From contig OZ199840.1 of the NCBI GenBank assembly GCA_964304625.1, positions 4,949,200 through 5,013,199 on the forward strand: DNA of 64,000 nt. Reading direction: 5' to 3'. Below are positions 40,769-54,008 of the stretch, one piece after another. The notes under the pieces were generated by a model. The model ran no database searches. It was not told the origin of the DNA and saw only the letters and a program-made list of their open reading frames with translations. Both the position numbers and the translations under genes were made by a program. Numbering within the stretch: the stretch's first letter is position 1; every line of letters begins with the position of its first letter. The DNA comes from Kudoa neothunni (lineage: Eukaryota; Animalia; Cnidaria).

Positions 40769-43555
40769 ATGTCTCAGTCCCAAGCTGATAACAACAACCA
40801 ACAAAAATCATCGTCAAGCATGGGATTTTCTCTAAAGTTTTCAAAAGTGTACAAAAATCCAGTCAAAATTGCCAAAACAACCTTAGAAACTAAAAATCAG
40901 CCCCAACAGCAGTTTGAGGGCACCAACAAAAATCAACGAATTGAGAAGATTTGTGTGACAGAATTTGATGGAAAACAACTTAAAAAAACCACTCAAGATG
41001 AATTTGAAAAATCCGTTGTTATCATCGAATCCCAACCGAATAGCAATAAACTTTATGAAAAGTTACGTCATCTAGAAGATGGAGTCAGTGAATTAAACAC
41101 GAATGTGACATTAACATCCAGTAAAAATTACACACGCGAGGACTATCTCAATGAAGTTAAATTATTACCGCCAACTGTATAAGGATTTAGGTGTGAATGT
41201 TGATTGTTATATGGTTTCTAGAGCGAAATGTCCGATTATCAACACATGCCTATTAACGATTTTGGCAAAGCAATGCTACGTGGAATGGGCTGGCAAGAAG
41301 GAAAACCCATAGGACTCACAAATAAGGGGTGAGTGTAATGATGTTATAAAGAAATATTAATATTTTAAAAGATTGGTTGAGCCGATAGAATACATTCCTA
41401 GAACTAAAGGATTGGGGTTAGGCGCACAATCTCGCTCAGACTTTTTAAATAGCTCCACACAATCAACACCCACTAAATCTGATGTATTATATGCTTTAGT
41501 AGATTTTTTGGTGATTGATTGCTTATAGGACTCCAAAAAATCCACATATCGTTATATTAGTGAATCCGCTAATAAGAAAAGTAATTGATGTTATGTGTGG
41601 TGAATAGTTTCGCAATTTTTTGAAGATAAACAACCTCCTTTGGAGCATGGCTTAATCAAACTTGGCGAATGGCAAGGCTCCTATGTTCGCATTGTTAAAA
41701 ATGTTACCGAATCCAATAGCTGTATTGTTCAATTTTTAAACGACCGTAATAAAGTATTGTAGATATTATTTTCTTTGTTGAAGTATTGGCGAGGTGTTTG
41801 TTAATTGCCACTATAGGTCGAAACTATTAACTCCAAATATCTTATCAAAGTTAGCAAGGATGAAGCTTTGGCCAGTAACACAGTTTCAATTATTGAATAT
41901 CTCGTTAAAAAGTTTTCATTTTAGATTCAACTGCTGATAAACAATCTCGAAATGATGATAATTTAAAAAACTGGCTCGTTCCTGGGCTCTACGTTAGAAT
42001 TGTGAGCAAATCTTTCAAAGGTGGAAAATATTATCGAGATAAGGTAGTTATTTGTGTTTTCGTTTCACAATGTTAACATATTAATATTGGATTTAATTGA
42101 AGATTATAATATATTTTCAAATTAATATTTTAATTGTGTTAAATCCATTTTTAAACCGTTAATATTATTATATATTTTTAAATTAAATTTGAAAATGTTC
42201 GTATTGAAAGAATTTATTAAAACTGTATATTTTTATTGTTCATATATTATTATTATTATTATTATTTGGAGATTAAAATTGATGACTTGATTATCAGCAT
42301 TCAATAATAGATTAATTGGAGATTAAAATATTAGATATTTTAGTCTTTGATTAATTAATATCTTAATTATGTGCTATAATTATCAATATAACTTTTTGAA
42401 TTGGGGATTAAAATTTGATTTTTTTCGTTTTAATTCAAATATTTATATCTTAATTAAAATATTAATTTTAATTGTTAATATTGCAAGAATTTATTAAATT
42501 TATGTATTCTTATTATTCAAATAATGTTACAATCGAACCTGGATCATACGAAAAGTTTGGGACTAGCGATTCCCTTTCTGGATTGCGATGTGAGGTTCAG
42601 GTTAATCGAACATTTATCCATAAGTTATTTCAATAAAATCCCAATAAAATTGAAAAACCTACCGGATAATCGCGATAAAAGACCGTTTATTGTTATTGTT
42701 TCATTATTATCGTCTCAATAATGTGTTTGATTGGAGCTTTTTGTTTTGAATAATATACTTAATTAGGGAATTAATTTTCAAATTAATATGTATTAATTGT
42801 TTTAATAAAATTATTTGAAACTGGGATTAAAATAATTATTTTCTATCGTTAGATTTAATGGACTGTGATTGTTGACCTATTCATATTTAATCCTAATGCT
42901 ACGCATGACCGCGTAATATTTATTTTTAATATTTGTCGCAGCTATTTATACGTTATGTGTATACTTAATTTTAATCGGTATATTATTTATTGATTTTTCT
43001 GTAATTATAAGAGAGTCAAAAGGTGTCGAAAATTAATAGATATTGCGAGATTAATGTGCAGAGCATTTAATTTTTATAGGATAATATTGTTCAATTAATT
43101 AATTAATTGATTAACCATTGTATTAGTTAATTTTCCGTATTAATAATGGAATATATTTTGAATAACTCCTTATTCTCTATTTAGGCTCGAATACTTAGGG
43201 TTGATTGCGGAAACAAATGCGACCTGATTACTGATAATTCAATTAAGCTCAGAGGTTGTCTTTCAACATTTTTCTAATGTCAAAAATAACATTGTTAACT
43301 ATTTTAATGTGCAGATGTACCGGAAACTTATCTTCAAACTGTTATTCCTAAAAGTGAAGATGAACTTGTAGTTGTACTTTGCGGAGAACATCAACATAAG
43401 GTAGATTCCTATATGTGTTAAATATAATGGATTTCTGTTTTTAGAAAGGTCATGTAATGTCGAAACAGAATGATGTAGCCAGTGTTCATTTTCAAGACGA
43501 TGATTCCATGGGAGTGTTGCCTTTGGATCACATATGCCAAATTTTTTCCCAATGA
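40769..43555 (+). CDS. GPKOW: G-patch and KOW domain protein (Spp2/MOS2 homolog)
   Basis: DYQHMPINDFGKAMLRGMGWQEGKPIG...PRTKGLGLGA G-patch; NWLVPGLYVRIVSKSFKGGKYY and LQTVIPK..VVVLCGEH KOW regions; about 1.1-kb intron 42043-43184. Confidence 0.92.
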
Positions 43556-44633
43556 TTGTTTATTTTTTTAGTTTTTAAATTTGGAAAATCTCCAGTTGTA
43601 TTTGTATATATTTCTATTATCATTTTTTCATATACATCTGCGCACACATTATTTTATTCAAATTATGTTGCTGTAGTTTGTATCTATGCAATGTGGAACG
43701 ACAAATTTTTTATTATTGGAAAAAATGTTGATTAGCATTTTTGATTTTTGAAGGTTAACAGTTAACAGGGCCGGATTAAAAATTTTAGCTATCATAATTT
43801 TGGGAGTCATTTTCAAGCCTTAAAATTTCCCAAAATGTCTCCGTATTAAGGAAAAATTTTAGGATATGAACTGTAAAATAAAATCTAGGAATTATTTTTT
43901 GTAATCTATAAAATATAACAGTTTATAGTAATTTTTTGTTAAATATTTCACATTTATTGTTATAAAGCTGTTGTGTAGAATATTAATGTTTCTTTTTTAA
44001 TTTATAAATTTTTTATCTCCGTAATGAACTTATATTATTAGATTTTATGTATTTTTAATAATAAGATCTAAATATTAAATTTATAGATAATAATAACATA
44101 TTTATTATAGAATTCTTTTAGGTTGTAAAAATAACCTAAATCAAATGTTTTGCTAAATAGCGGAAAATTATTTTTAATTTTGTTTTACCTTGAAATGAAA
44201 AAATGAATTAATATTTTTTTGTTTTATCATTTTAAAATATTTCACTTTAATGTATTAGAAAAATTTACTTATTTGTGCTGTTTCATATTTGTTTATAATA
44301 CTATAAATTATTATGAGTATTATAATTAACAAGCAGATATATTTTTTTGTTTATCTGTTAAGTTTTGCAAGAAAAATAATTCTTTGTTATAAATTTTTAT
44401 TTGGAGATTTATTTTCTTTGTCAAATTACACCAAGACAATAATTATAATTAAAGAGTTGACTATCAACAAACAGCATAGACAGCCATTTTAACAACCTCG
44501 TAATCTATAATCACGCGGAAGTTTACATTGAAAGTCAGCTGGTTTTTAATTATCACATCGTAAATATCATTTATGATAGATAAAAAATTTAATTTTAAAA
44601 CTTGTTCTGTGCGCAGTTTCCAGCTACTTTTAA

Positions 44634-45625
44634 CCCTCTAATGAACGTGAGGTCCTTTGGACCACAAAGTAGTTTTAAATTGATTATATGTTACTCATTC
44701 TGTCGAAACACTTGAAATTCATGTTATTTCCATGAGACTACGATATTTACAACTTAATAAACTTTGAACAAAAATTAACTATATTTCGAATTGAAATAAA
44801 AAATTACACTCCAACGAACTTGGGGTCTTTATTTTTCGATAGTTAATAAAAAAATTTTTAAAATGCCACACAAAGTTTAGGAAGTTTCTACCGGCTGAAT
44901 TTTGAGAAAAAGACGATTCGTTAGGAAAGTTAATCTTCCCCAAGTAAATTCGGCAAGCTAATATAATAATTCGTACAAACTCCCTGAACGATAAAATCAA
45001 GCGTGATAGATGTTACATGTTTCGAATGCAAATTCTTAGACTTTTAGTCAATTTTGGATGTTTAACGTTAAGCAATATAATATTTTTTAGGTTTCTACTA
45101 ACCATTAATTGTTAACAATCAAAGGATCAGAATGTAACTAAAACATCCAATTCATATTGATCTCAAAAAATCAAAATAATTGAACCAAACTGTTAAGAAG
45201 TATTCTCAAAATGTTTAATAGCCTAAATGATAAATAATAAACACTCGATGCATTAGTTTCGAGGATATTTTGGTCGATTTCATTATTCGAGTAATTATAA
45301 TCAGTGTTCAAAATACAAATCTGTTAGCTGCGATATTCAAAATTTTTTTGTTCCTTTGATGTTTATTTCACAATCTATAGTATAAAATTGCTTTTCTTTT
45401 TTTTAACGAAAAATTACGAATCGTTCTATAAGCCTACCAAATGGGATTTTGTAGGATTAATTGGCTCAATCAATCACATTTCCTCAAAATTCTGTTGGTA
45501 GAAATTTCTTAAAGTTCGTATGACATTTTGAAATATTTTTTTACTGACCATCGTAAAATAAAAATCTGGGATCCGAAAGACCTCAAGTTCGAAGGAGTGT
45601 AATAGTTTTTGTGTACCTTAGAGGG
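44634..45625. mobile_element. Non-autonomous piggyBac-type element
   Basis: TTAA|CCCTCTAA ... TTAGAGGG|TTAA; right subterminal region resembles that of the 28-29.8 kb piggyBac. Confidence 0.8.
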
Positions 45626-46403
45626 TTAACTAGCTATTTAAATTTTTTAGAATATGATGGCTTCGGAATTTATTCATTTTTGGTTTAACAATTAACTCAC
45701 ATATTGGACAAATTTCCTTCTTTTTGTTTTAAGGCTAAGTAATCAATAATCAATTTTTTTTAATGAACGACTTTAACATTCAACACTATTTATACATTTA
45801 ATACACTTTAAATTTAGAACAAACAATTTTTTGGACATGCGAAGCACGATTAACGCATTTTAGATCTAATTGATGATTTAAACACATCGCTAATGTAAAC
45901 AAATTAGCTTATCATAAATTAATGATACTTTTAATCCTTTAACCCCAAATCTTTATTTTCATGTCTAAATTTTTTTAGTCAAATTATGCTTATGCGACTA
46001 AATTTTATGTGGGTTTTTGTATTTTTAAAACTATTACTTATATTTTTCGAAAAAATTATGCTCGTTTAATAAGATTAATATAGGGTATTAGCGCGAACAA
46101 AATTATAACATAAATAACATTTTATTAATATAGTCTAACTTTTTCAAAATAAATAAAAGCAATTTCTACTTTTACTATTCAAAAAGGTGCTTTTCACTTA
46201 ACACGCAATTTGGGAGTTCCGCTCGCTAAGGCCACATATGTTTTTGTGAGAGACAATCTCTGGATAATACTCAATGTCGTCCAATCTTATTAGTTCTGAA
46301 AACTTCTTGTTTTTTTTCCTTAAAAATTAGTTTGAAGGATTTTTTTGGTTAAATCAAATGATAGACGTCCTCACTTTGTTGCAGCATTTGATTTTTTCTA
46401 ATA

Positions 46404-46567
46404 CAGTCGAACCCAGTTAATCCAAAAATCGCGCTGTCCGAATGACTTTTAAAATTTGTTTGAAATTGATGTATAATATATGTAAAAAGATTTCTTTTAA
46501 CCGAGATTCCAATATCCGGTAGGAATGTGTTAGATCGCAACATTTTGGGATAATCGGGGTTCGACTG
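46404..46567. mobile_element. Tc1/pogo-like MITE
   Basis: TA|CAGTCGAACCCAGTTAATCC ... GGATAATCGGGGTTCGACTG|CA; related ends at about 42529, 52184 and 55866. Confidence 0.7.
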
Positions 46568-46946
46568 CACTCAAAAAAGATTATTTTAAAATAGATTTCG
46601 TTAAACATTTTAATTGAGATAAAAACTGGAATTTAAAGCGCACAAAGAAGGTTTTATTAATTTCTTACATTAGATTACATGATTTGTAACGTATAATTTA
46701 CGTTCCAGTAAAAATTAATCAAATCTAGCCTCTAAAGACTTGAAGGATGTATCTTAATAAATTTTAGGTTGCCTGTAAGTTTAAATTAGTCATGTTGGTG
46801 TCCGAATAATAAAAATATTTTTATATTGTCTAATTTTGGTGAGTTTCGGAATATACATCTTCCACTTCATCTACAAAATTAGAATATACTCTTAAAATGC
46901 TCTATCTTGTTATTGTGTAGAAAACTAAAGTTTTATTAGCTTTAAA

Positions 46947-47232
46947 CATTGGTCTTCAACCGGTGATCCACAAAGTTTACCAAAAGTATCCCTAGAAATG
47001 AAAAAATATAGAAACTTGTAGAAGGTATCTATTTACAAATACACGCTATCCTAATCCTTGGCGAAATCGAATAAATTTTAGAGTAATATATTTTAGCTTT
47101 TTTGTAAATAAATCCATACAAAATTTTCATAAATCATTTTTTTCTTGCAATTTCCTAAATATATATGGGGTTCCTCAGGACAATTTGAGTTTGTTAGGGT
47201 ATCTGCAACTCCGGAAAGTTTGAGAACCATTG
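46947..47232. mobile_element. hAT-like MITE
   Basis: CATTGGTCTTCAAC ... GTTTGAGAACCATTG imperfect TIRs; degenerate 8-nt flanks GCTTTAAA/GCTTAGGA. Confidence 0.55.
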
Positions 47233-48457
47233 GCTTAGGAGGATGATAATACATCATTGCTCAAATGTGAAAATTAATTAATTTAGAAAATATATATATA
47301 AAAACTATAAGAATTCTTTTATTTCGGATGAGGGCAGAATCTAAAAAAAGAAGTTTAAATTCAAGAGTATAATATTTATCTCAAATGATAACTCAACTCA
47401 CCAACATGGGCTAAATCGTATTTTTCGTCAGTTATGTTGAGTCGAAAATAATTTTGTTAAATTTAAGAATGATCAGGAAGTAAATACTGAGAAAGATTTT
47501 GTTTGATTAACTAAAAAAATTGTTGGCCTCTATTATTTATTTAAAGACTAAACAAATTATCATAAATATCAGAATTAAAGAATATTTCAAGTTATCTCAT
47601 TCTGTCAACTTAATGTGTACCTTGTAGTAATCCCACAATGAACAGAGGCGGAGCCCCGATCTAACCCATTACATTATTGGGCGGAAATCCTGAAACCATT
47701 AGGACTATCATTGCTATCGCTACTACTGCAATTACTAATACAATTACTATTACAAAAGTTCTACATATATTATTATTAGCAGTGATAGTTTCTTCGCGCA
47801 AATACAACATACCTTTTCTGCAACCTTTTTGCACGATGTTTAGTCAAATATTTCAAATAAGGTGTTATAGTTTTACGTTAATTTTTGAAAGGTTTTGTAT
47901 AGTTTTAATATAGGAACTCTATTATACCATACTGAGTTATGGATTTCAGCTATGTAACCTAACGCAAATTACAGCATTTAAATGAAAGAACCGTTTTTCT
48001 GATTGTTTAAGAGAAAAAAATAAATATTGATTAACTTTGCCATTTATATTTTCAAAATGTTTTCATAGTAAATATCTTTATATTATGATTAATATCTATT
48101 TGAATGTATTAGAAAAATAAAGACGAAATTTTAGTAATAGCATGCGATGAAACGTTTTATTTTACCATTATTTACACGATTTCGTAATAAGTTTAATATA
48201 AAATCAATATGAACAAAAATTGGTAAAAAAATTCATAACAATTCATCATACATTACCAGGTAAATTTAGAGTTTCGTGTTTAAATAAAGTTAAATCCACT
48301 ATTATGATATTCATATTTTGTATCTAATGATATTAAATTTTTAAAATAACGACTCATTGTAGTAAATACTTTAATAATAATGTGCTGATCAGAAAATTAC
48401 GATCTATTAAGAATTGAGGTATTAAATCAATTGTCATTTAAATAATCTATATACCCG

Positions 48458-51400
48458 ATGAAAGTATCGGAAATAATATCGCATCCACATATTCAACTCT
48501 ATTTGTTTTTACCCATTACTGTTAAATATGGTTATATGTAGATTTTTTTGTCAACTCTATTGTATAAAATTTATTTTATTACAGTTAATCAATGTTTAAT
48601 AGTTATACAACTTGCATTATTTTGTATGATAGAGAATGCACCGGCGACTGGCACTCAACCAGCATCTGGTCCATTAGCTACGCTGAAATACCAAATTGAG
48701 TATGGCGGTACTACTGGAGCAGATACAGTAAAACATATACTTGGTGGATCAAATTATGGTTCTGGAAAGTGTCGTATATTGAAATCAAACGATGCAGCAA
48801 ACACTTTCGGTTCAGGTTCTGCAGCTGTATTTGAAGAAATTTCACAATGCCCTGGATTTGATAATGCTAATAGTAACAACCATTGCATAATCGATTGCAA
48901 TAACCAAGATAGCAAAGTCACGTACGATAAACTCTCTCCAAGAGTAAAATACATATATGTATATCATGGAACTGAAACCGATGCTGTTAAAGAAGATTCT
49001 CATAAAAGAGGTGGTAAAGTGTTTGGTTTGGCAACACGTAAGAGAAACAACTATGAATTGATAGATTTATCCGTTGAATTTAGCATTGTTAGTAAATCCT
49101 CAAGTATCGATCTCTATGGAAACCCTAAAATTGAAGATCGTACATAAAACTTGCCCACAAGTCGATTGCCCTGTTTACTACAAAGACGCCAAATTTGCGG
49201 AAGGTTCAAAGGGAAACACGTGTGTGACAAATACCAACGCAAATACTCTAGATTTTAATCTATTGATTCCTCATTATGAGATGAGATGTGAAAAATATCC
49301 AAGTTTCTTTTATTACATGCCAAATGCATATATGAAGAAAAACATTGCTATTTACAAACCTCAATATTATGTAACAAAGAAGACAGGGGACGATAAGCAA
49401 GTTGTTGTTAAATTCACTGATCTAACATTATCGTCAGAGATCTGCGTATTCAATATTAAAGACGCTGAAAGTGTAGCATCTAGTGTTGTGTTTGAATCTA
49501 GGTGTGGAAATACTGCGGAAAAGTGTTACGCACCTTGTAAAAATCTCGAACTTACGGTGACTGAATTAAAAGCTTTCTACCAAATCTTAATTCAAACCAG
49601 ATATCACGACCTTTCTATAACTACTACTGATAATCCAGATGGATTTCTTCAGAAAAAGTTTGGTACTTATTTTACATCATATAGTTTTATATTCAATTTT
49701 ATAGCCATTGCGGAAACTAATGGCGATCTATTGTCCGATTTCAAAAAGGGTGGTGTAAAGCTAAATGCTGCCATATTTAAACCAACGACAGGAGCTTCAT
49801 CCTTTACTTGTACTATAAAACATTATCTTGCTGATACAATTAAGCCAACTTCATCTATTGAAACTATTTGCGAGACGAGTACTAGGGCAGCTGGTGCTAA
49901 TACTTGTAAAACGGATTGCACAAAAGTAGAAATTGAGCAACTATCTCCAGGAAAATCGTACATAATTGAAATTGAATTTGGATTGGCTGAAAATAAAAAT
50001 AATGAACAAATACTTATAAGGACAGGTAATAACTGAAAGTTAAATATCAATAACTAAACATTTTCAAAGATAATGATGATAATAAAGAGTTCCAAACAAC
50101 TGACCCTACCAAAACAGAATCAACCGCTACACTAACAGCTATTGGAGGCACAGCTGAAGGCGAAAAGATAAATGAGCCAAATTGTGAGTATTACATAAGT
50201 CCAGCCGGGAAAAATACATTTTACACTGCTAAATGTACTGAAACTAATCCTTGTAGAGGAAGGTGTAGAGATCCAATAACTATTATTGACCTTGAACCAA
50301 ACACTCTTTACGACGTTAGAGTCGTTGCTGATAAGGATTATAAGGAACATATATATACAAATGTTAAAACGAGTATATTTCTCCATACACTAATTTATTT
50401 CATTCAATCTAGATTTGGCAACGTTGACAATAAATCCAAAATATACGGAGCACGGATTGCGGTTGAATGCACAATTGTCCAAAAAAGTTCCGGAAGCTAT
50501 TTGTCATTATACAATCCAAATTAAGAAGGCTGGCAGGTTCGAAGATGCTTACATCTGTACACCACCACAAACACCAGAAGTTGTCCCACAAGTTCCTGAG
50601 ACTCCACCAAGCACACAAACTGATTCCAATCCTATCCCGGGTCAAGAAATAACTAGTACCAACCAACTTTCTATTCTAAAATCAACAGATACTGAATCGG
50701 AAATTGCAGGAACTGAAACTAACATGGAAACTAACACTGATTCAACTGTTGACTCTACCACCACAACTACTACAACTGCGAGCCCAATCAATTCAAACAC
50801 ATGTTCCTCATTTCCTTTATGCAGTTCTATTGAATTCAACAACTATGATGCAAACGAAGAATATAAAGTGATTATTACCGCAGTGGGAAAATCTAACTCG
50901 AAAGAAATCACGTTAGCAGCCAGTAAAACTATTATTGTTATTATATAAAAATTTAAAATCATCTTAAATAGCTGCTCCAAAAGGAAACCCTACAGAAAAT
51001 GCCAAAACAATATACGTGCAAATTACAAGAGATGGTGAATCATTCACGGTTGAGAATACTCTTCCATCAACTCATAGAGAAAATTCCAAGTGTAAATGGG
51101 AATTACGTAATTCGAGTGTTAAATCGATGGCGATTATTAAAAAATGCATGAGTCGCTATGATCCTGGATGTAAAAGGTTCCCTCCATGTAAATCATTCAC
51201 TATCCGTGGATTAGTTGATGGCAACAACTATCACTTGACTGTCTACAGTTCTACCGATACAACAGTTTACGGGACGGCTACTATTGAGCAAGGTGAGACA
51301 TTATTTATACGACAATAATTTAAAATGTAAATTTTAGGAGCTAAGAGCAGTTCAAGGTTTTTTAATTAATATTTTTAAAATTATTTAATTTTTTATTTAG

Positions 51401-51539
51401 TTCTAAAACCATGGTCATGTATTAATTTATTATTTGCTTATAATTGAATTAATATTATTCTAGAATAATTGTGGTAGTGGTTATTGTTGTTTTGATTTCA
51501 GTTTCTGTTGGATTGGTGGTTTTCAAGAAGAAAAATTAA
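48458..51539 (+). CDS. Uncharacterised type-I membrane protein with about seven Cys-rich FN3-like modules, copy 1 (874 aa, 10 exons)
   Basis: Exons 48458-48530, 48633-49037, 49084-49662, 49705-50025, 50070-50372, 50413-50922, 50972-51292, 51338-51356, 51401-51418, 51464-51539 sum to 2625 nt in one frame; signal-like MKVSEIISHPHIQLYLFLPITVKY; FN3-like LSPGKSY, LEPNTLYDVRVVA, GLVDGNNYHLTV; TM IIIVVVVIVVLISVSVGLVVF then KKKN*. Confidence 0.8.
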
Positions 51540-52699
51540 TCATCAACGTGAAGGAATTATTTTCCAATGACATAACTAGAAACATTTAGAGAATTTAGTT
51601 ATCTATGTGATATTTATGAAAATTTATATATATATATATATATTAATCATTCAAATTTATAATTTCTATAACAAATAAAAAATATTTTCTATCTAAAATT
51701 TATTAAGGTTATATATATATAACTTGATTGAGGTATAGAATTACTTACATACAAATATAAGATTAGGAGTGTCGATTAATTTTTTTTATAATTATAAAAT
51801 ACATGCGCCAAAATATTTTGATGTTACATTTAACTGCTTTTGCAAATTAAACCCAAATAACGGTACTGAAAATAGTGTTAAATAAGAATATCAGACAAAT
51901 TAAACAACAAAACATGATTAACATGCTTCCATTGTTTGTTTAAAAGATGAGCAAGATATCTTTTAAAATGGTACCTTGGATTTTCGATACTCTGTAATAA
52001 TTGCAAATTCAAGACTTTAGGAACTGTTATTTGGGTATTAGTATTTATTTCCTTTTTTTTGTTGTAACGTTTGACTATTTAAAAATTCATGCTGAATGGA
52101 AATATCAATAAATAAATTTATTATAGGATTACTTAATTCTAGAATTTGTTTCTAAAATCTCTCAAAATTATAAGTTTCAACCACAGTCGGATCTCGATAT
52201 AGTGTGATTAGATACAGCGTAGTTTTAAATTTGGACGTCGATTTTATTAATTTTAGAGTTATTTAAATTCACCTTCAATTTTACGATTACACATAATGAG
52301 GAAAAATTTTAATTTGTTTAAACCTAACGATCCCCTATAACGAGATTCTTTCGTACTGCGTGACTCCTTGAGGTTAGTGACTGGTTACGGCGAGGTTTCG
52401 GATGAGCAAAATACAATTCAATATTGACGTAAAATGTGTGACGATAAATATTTTATAATTTTATAAGGAAATAACAAGGAAAAGAGAAAAAAATTAAAAT
52501 TAAAACTTTGCAGTATGTTTTTCTGCGTATAAATATATAAAGATAGCAGAAGGAAAATTCAGCCACGCATGCCCATTAGTAGAAATGACATTGTTTATTT
52601 GTGTCGTAATTTAATCATAAAAACATAGAAATAATAACTCAAAAAATTATCTAATCTTATAACTTCCAAGAATATTGTTTTGCAACGATTCGAAGACAA

Positions 52700-54008
52700 T
52701 TTAGTCCATAATATGAATTATAATTGAGACAAATGGTTTTGATTTGATCCAATTTTCGTTGATCTTTTGAGGAAAAATTATGTTGGAAATTTGTCAAATT
52801 ACATTCAATATCATTTTGGACATTACTCATCACGGTTTTTAGTTTATCGAAGAATGTTTATAATTCCGGATGACTGTTCAAATTTACCATAAAAATGCCG
52901 ATTGAATACCTTAGAAGAATTAGAGGTAAGCAGTATGTTATTCAAGATCCGATCATAGGCATTCCAATTCTTTGCTTGGTGCATTGTTTCTTCCAAATTT
53001 TTTTACTAAATATTGAAAGAAGGAAACTAAATTAATATCTGTAAATTTCAAGGAATGTTTCAATAATTTTTTATATTCTATTTTGATAAATTTTGTAGGA
53101 ACAAACGCTAATGATGTTAGCGATTTCACAAAAAGATGATTCTCAACATTCTTCCAGTATTTATTTTTCAATCCAAGCTCCTGTATTTTTCTCCAGACGC
53201 ACTGGCCAACGTGAAAATGACAAAAATAAATTTCATTTTCGTTGCTATTTTTAAAGAAATAAAATCTGCTAACTCAAAATCTATGATAATGTACTTCGGA
53301 AAACGCATCACATATTTTTAGAGAAGATCACTGAATACTTTAAAATAGTCATCTTTTTTTGTTTTGGATGAATATACACGAAAGGGTAAACCTTGGAAGA
53401 CACTTTTCCATTAATTGCATATAACTGTAAAAATTGTTTAGGACAAACCTTAAATGTTCCATCAGCAATAAGCGTCTCTGCGTTCTTTATGTGAGATAAA
53501 TTGCCCTCTGTTGCAAGCGTAACCATCCTATTGTTAGTCTCAACTCCAGTATCAAGAATGCAAACATTTCCGCTTCCAAGAGTACTTACCTGGAGTTCTT
53601 CAAGATTTCTTGTGGTTTCAATTATTATTTAATTTATTTTTCTTATAATCCGGATATTTTTATATACGTAGTTTTTATTTAAAATCGGGAGCTCGCACAA
53701 TTTAGTTGTACTAGTTGCGACAGAATATATTTGAAGCATTGAGTATGCAGTGTTTTCAGTTAACTCTTTTATTTTTCATTATCACTTTGAACATGCTTAT
53801 GGTTGTCTGTCGATATAACATTTTCAATTTTATCCAGAGGAGTTGTTTTAAGTTTTGTGGAGGAAAACCTATTTTTGCATCTCCAAGATTGGTATTCTTT
53901 TGTAGAGTGGTGTTTTAAATAAAAATAATTCTTATAAAATACCATTTCTGTATTTTGCTGTGTTAAAAGTAATTTAAAATTGAAATCGATAACGTCACCA
54001 CCTGCCAT
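52700..54008 (-). mobile_element. MULE/Mutator transposase pseudogene (FLYWCH-like N-terminus)
   Basis: YFYLKHHSTKEYQSWRC; LIADGTFKVCPKQFLQLYAING; FVKSLTSLAFVP; several frameshifts. Confidence 0.8.

Noticed and set aside
48455-48470. CCGAT-GAAAGT-ATCGG hairpin over the surface-gene start codon in both copies
   Set aside because: Only 5-6 bp and its conservation is explained by recent duplication; not a hammerhead core.
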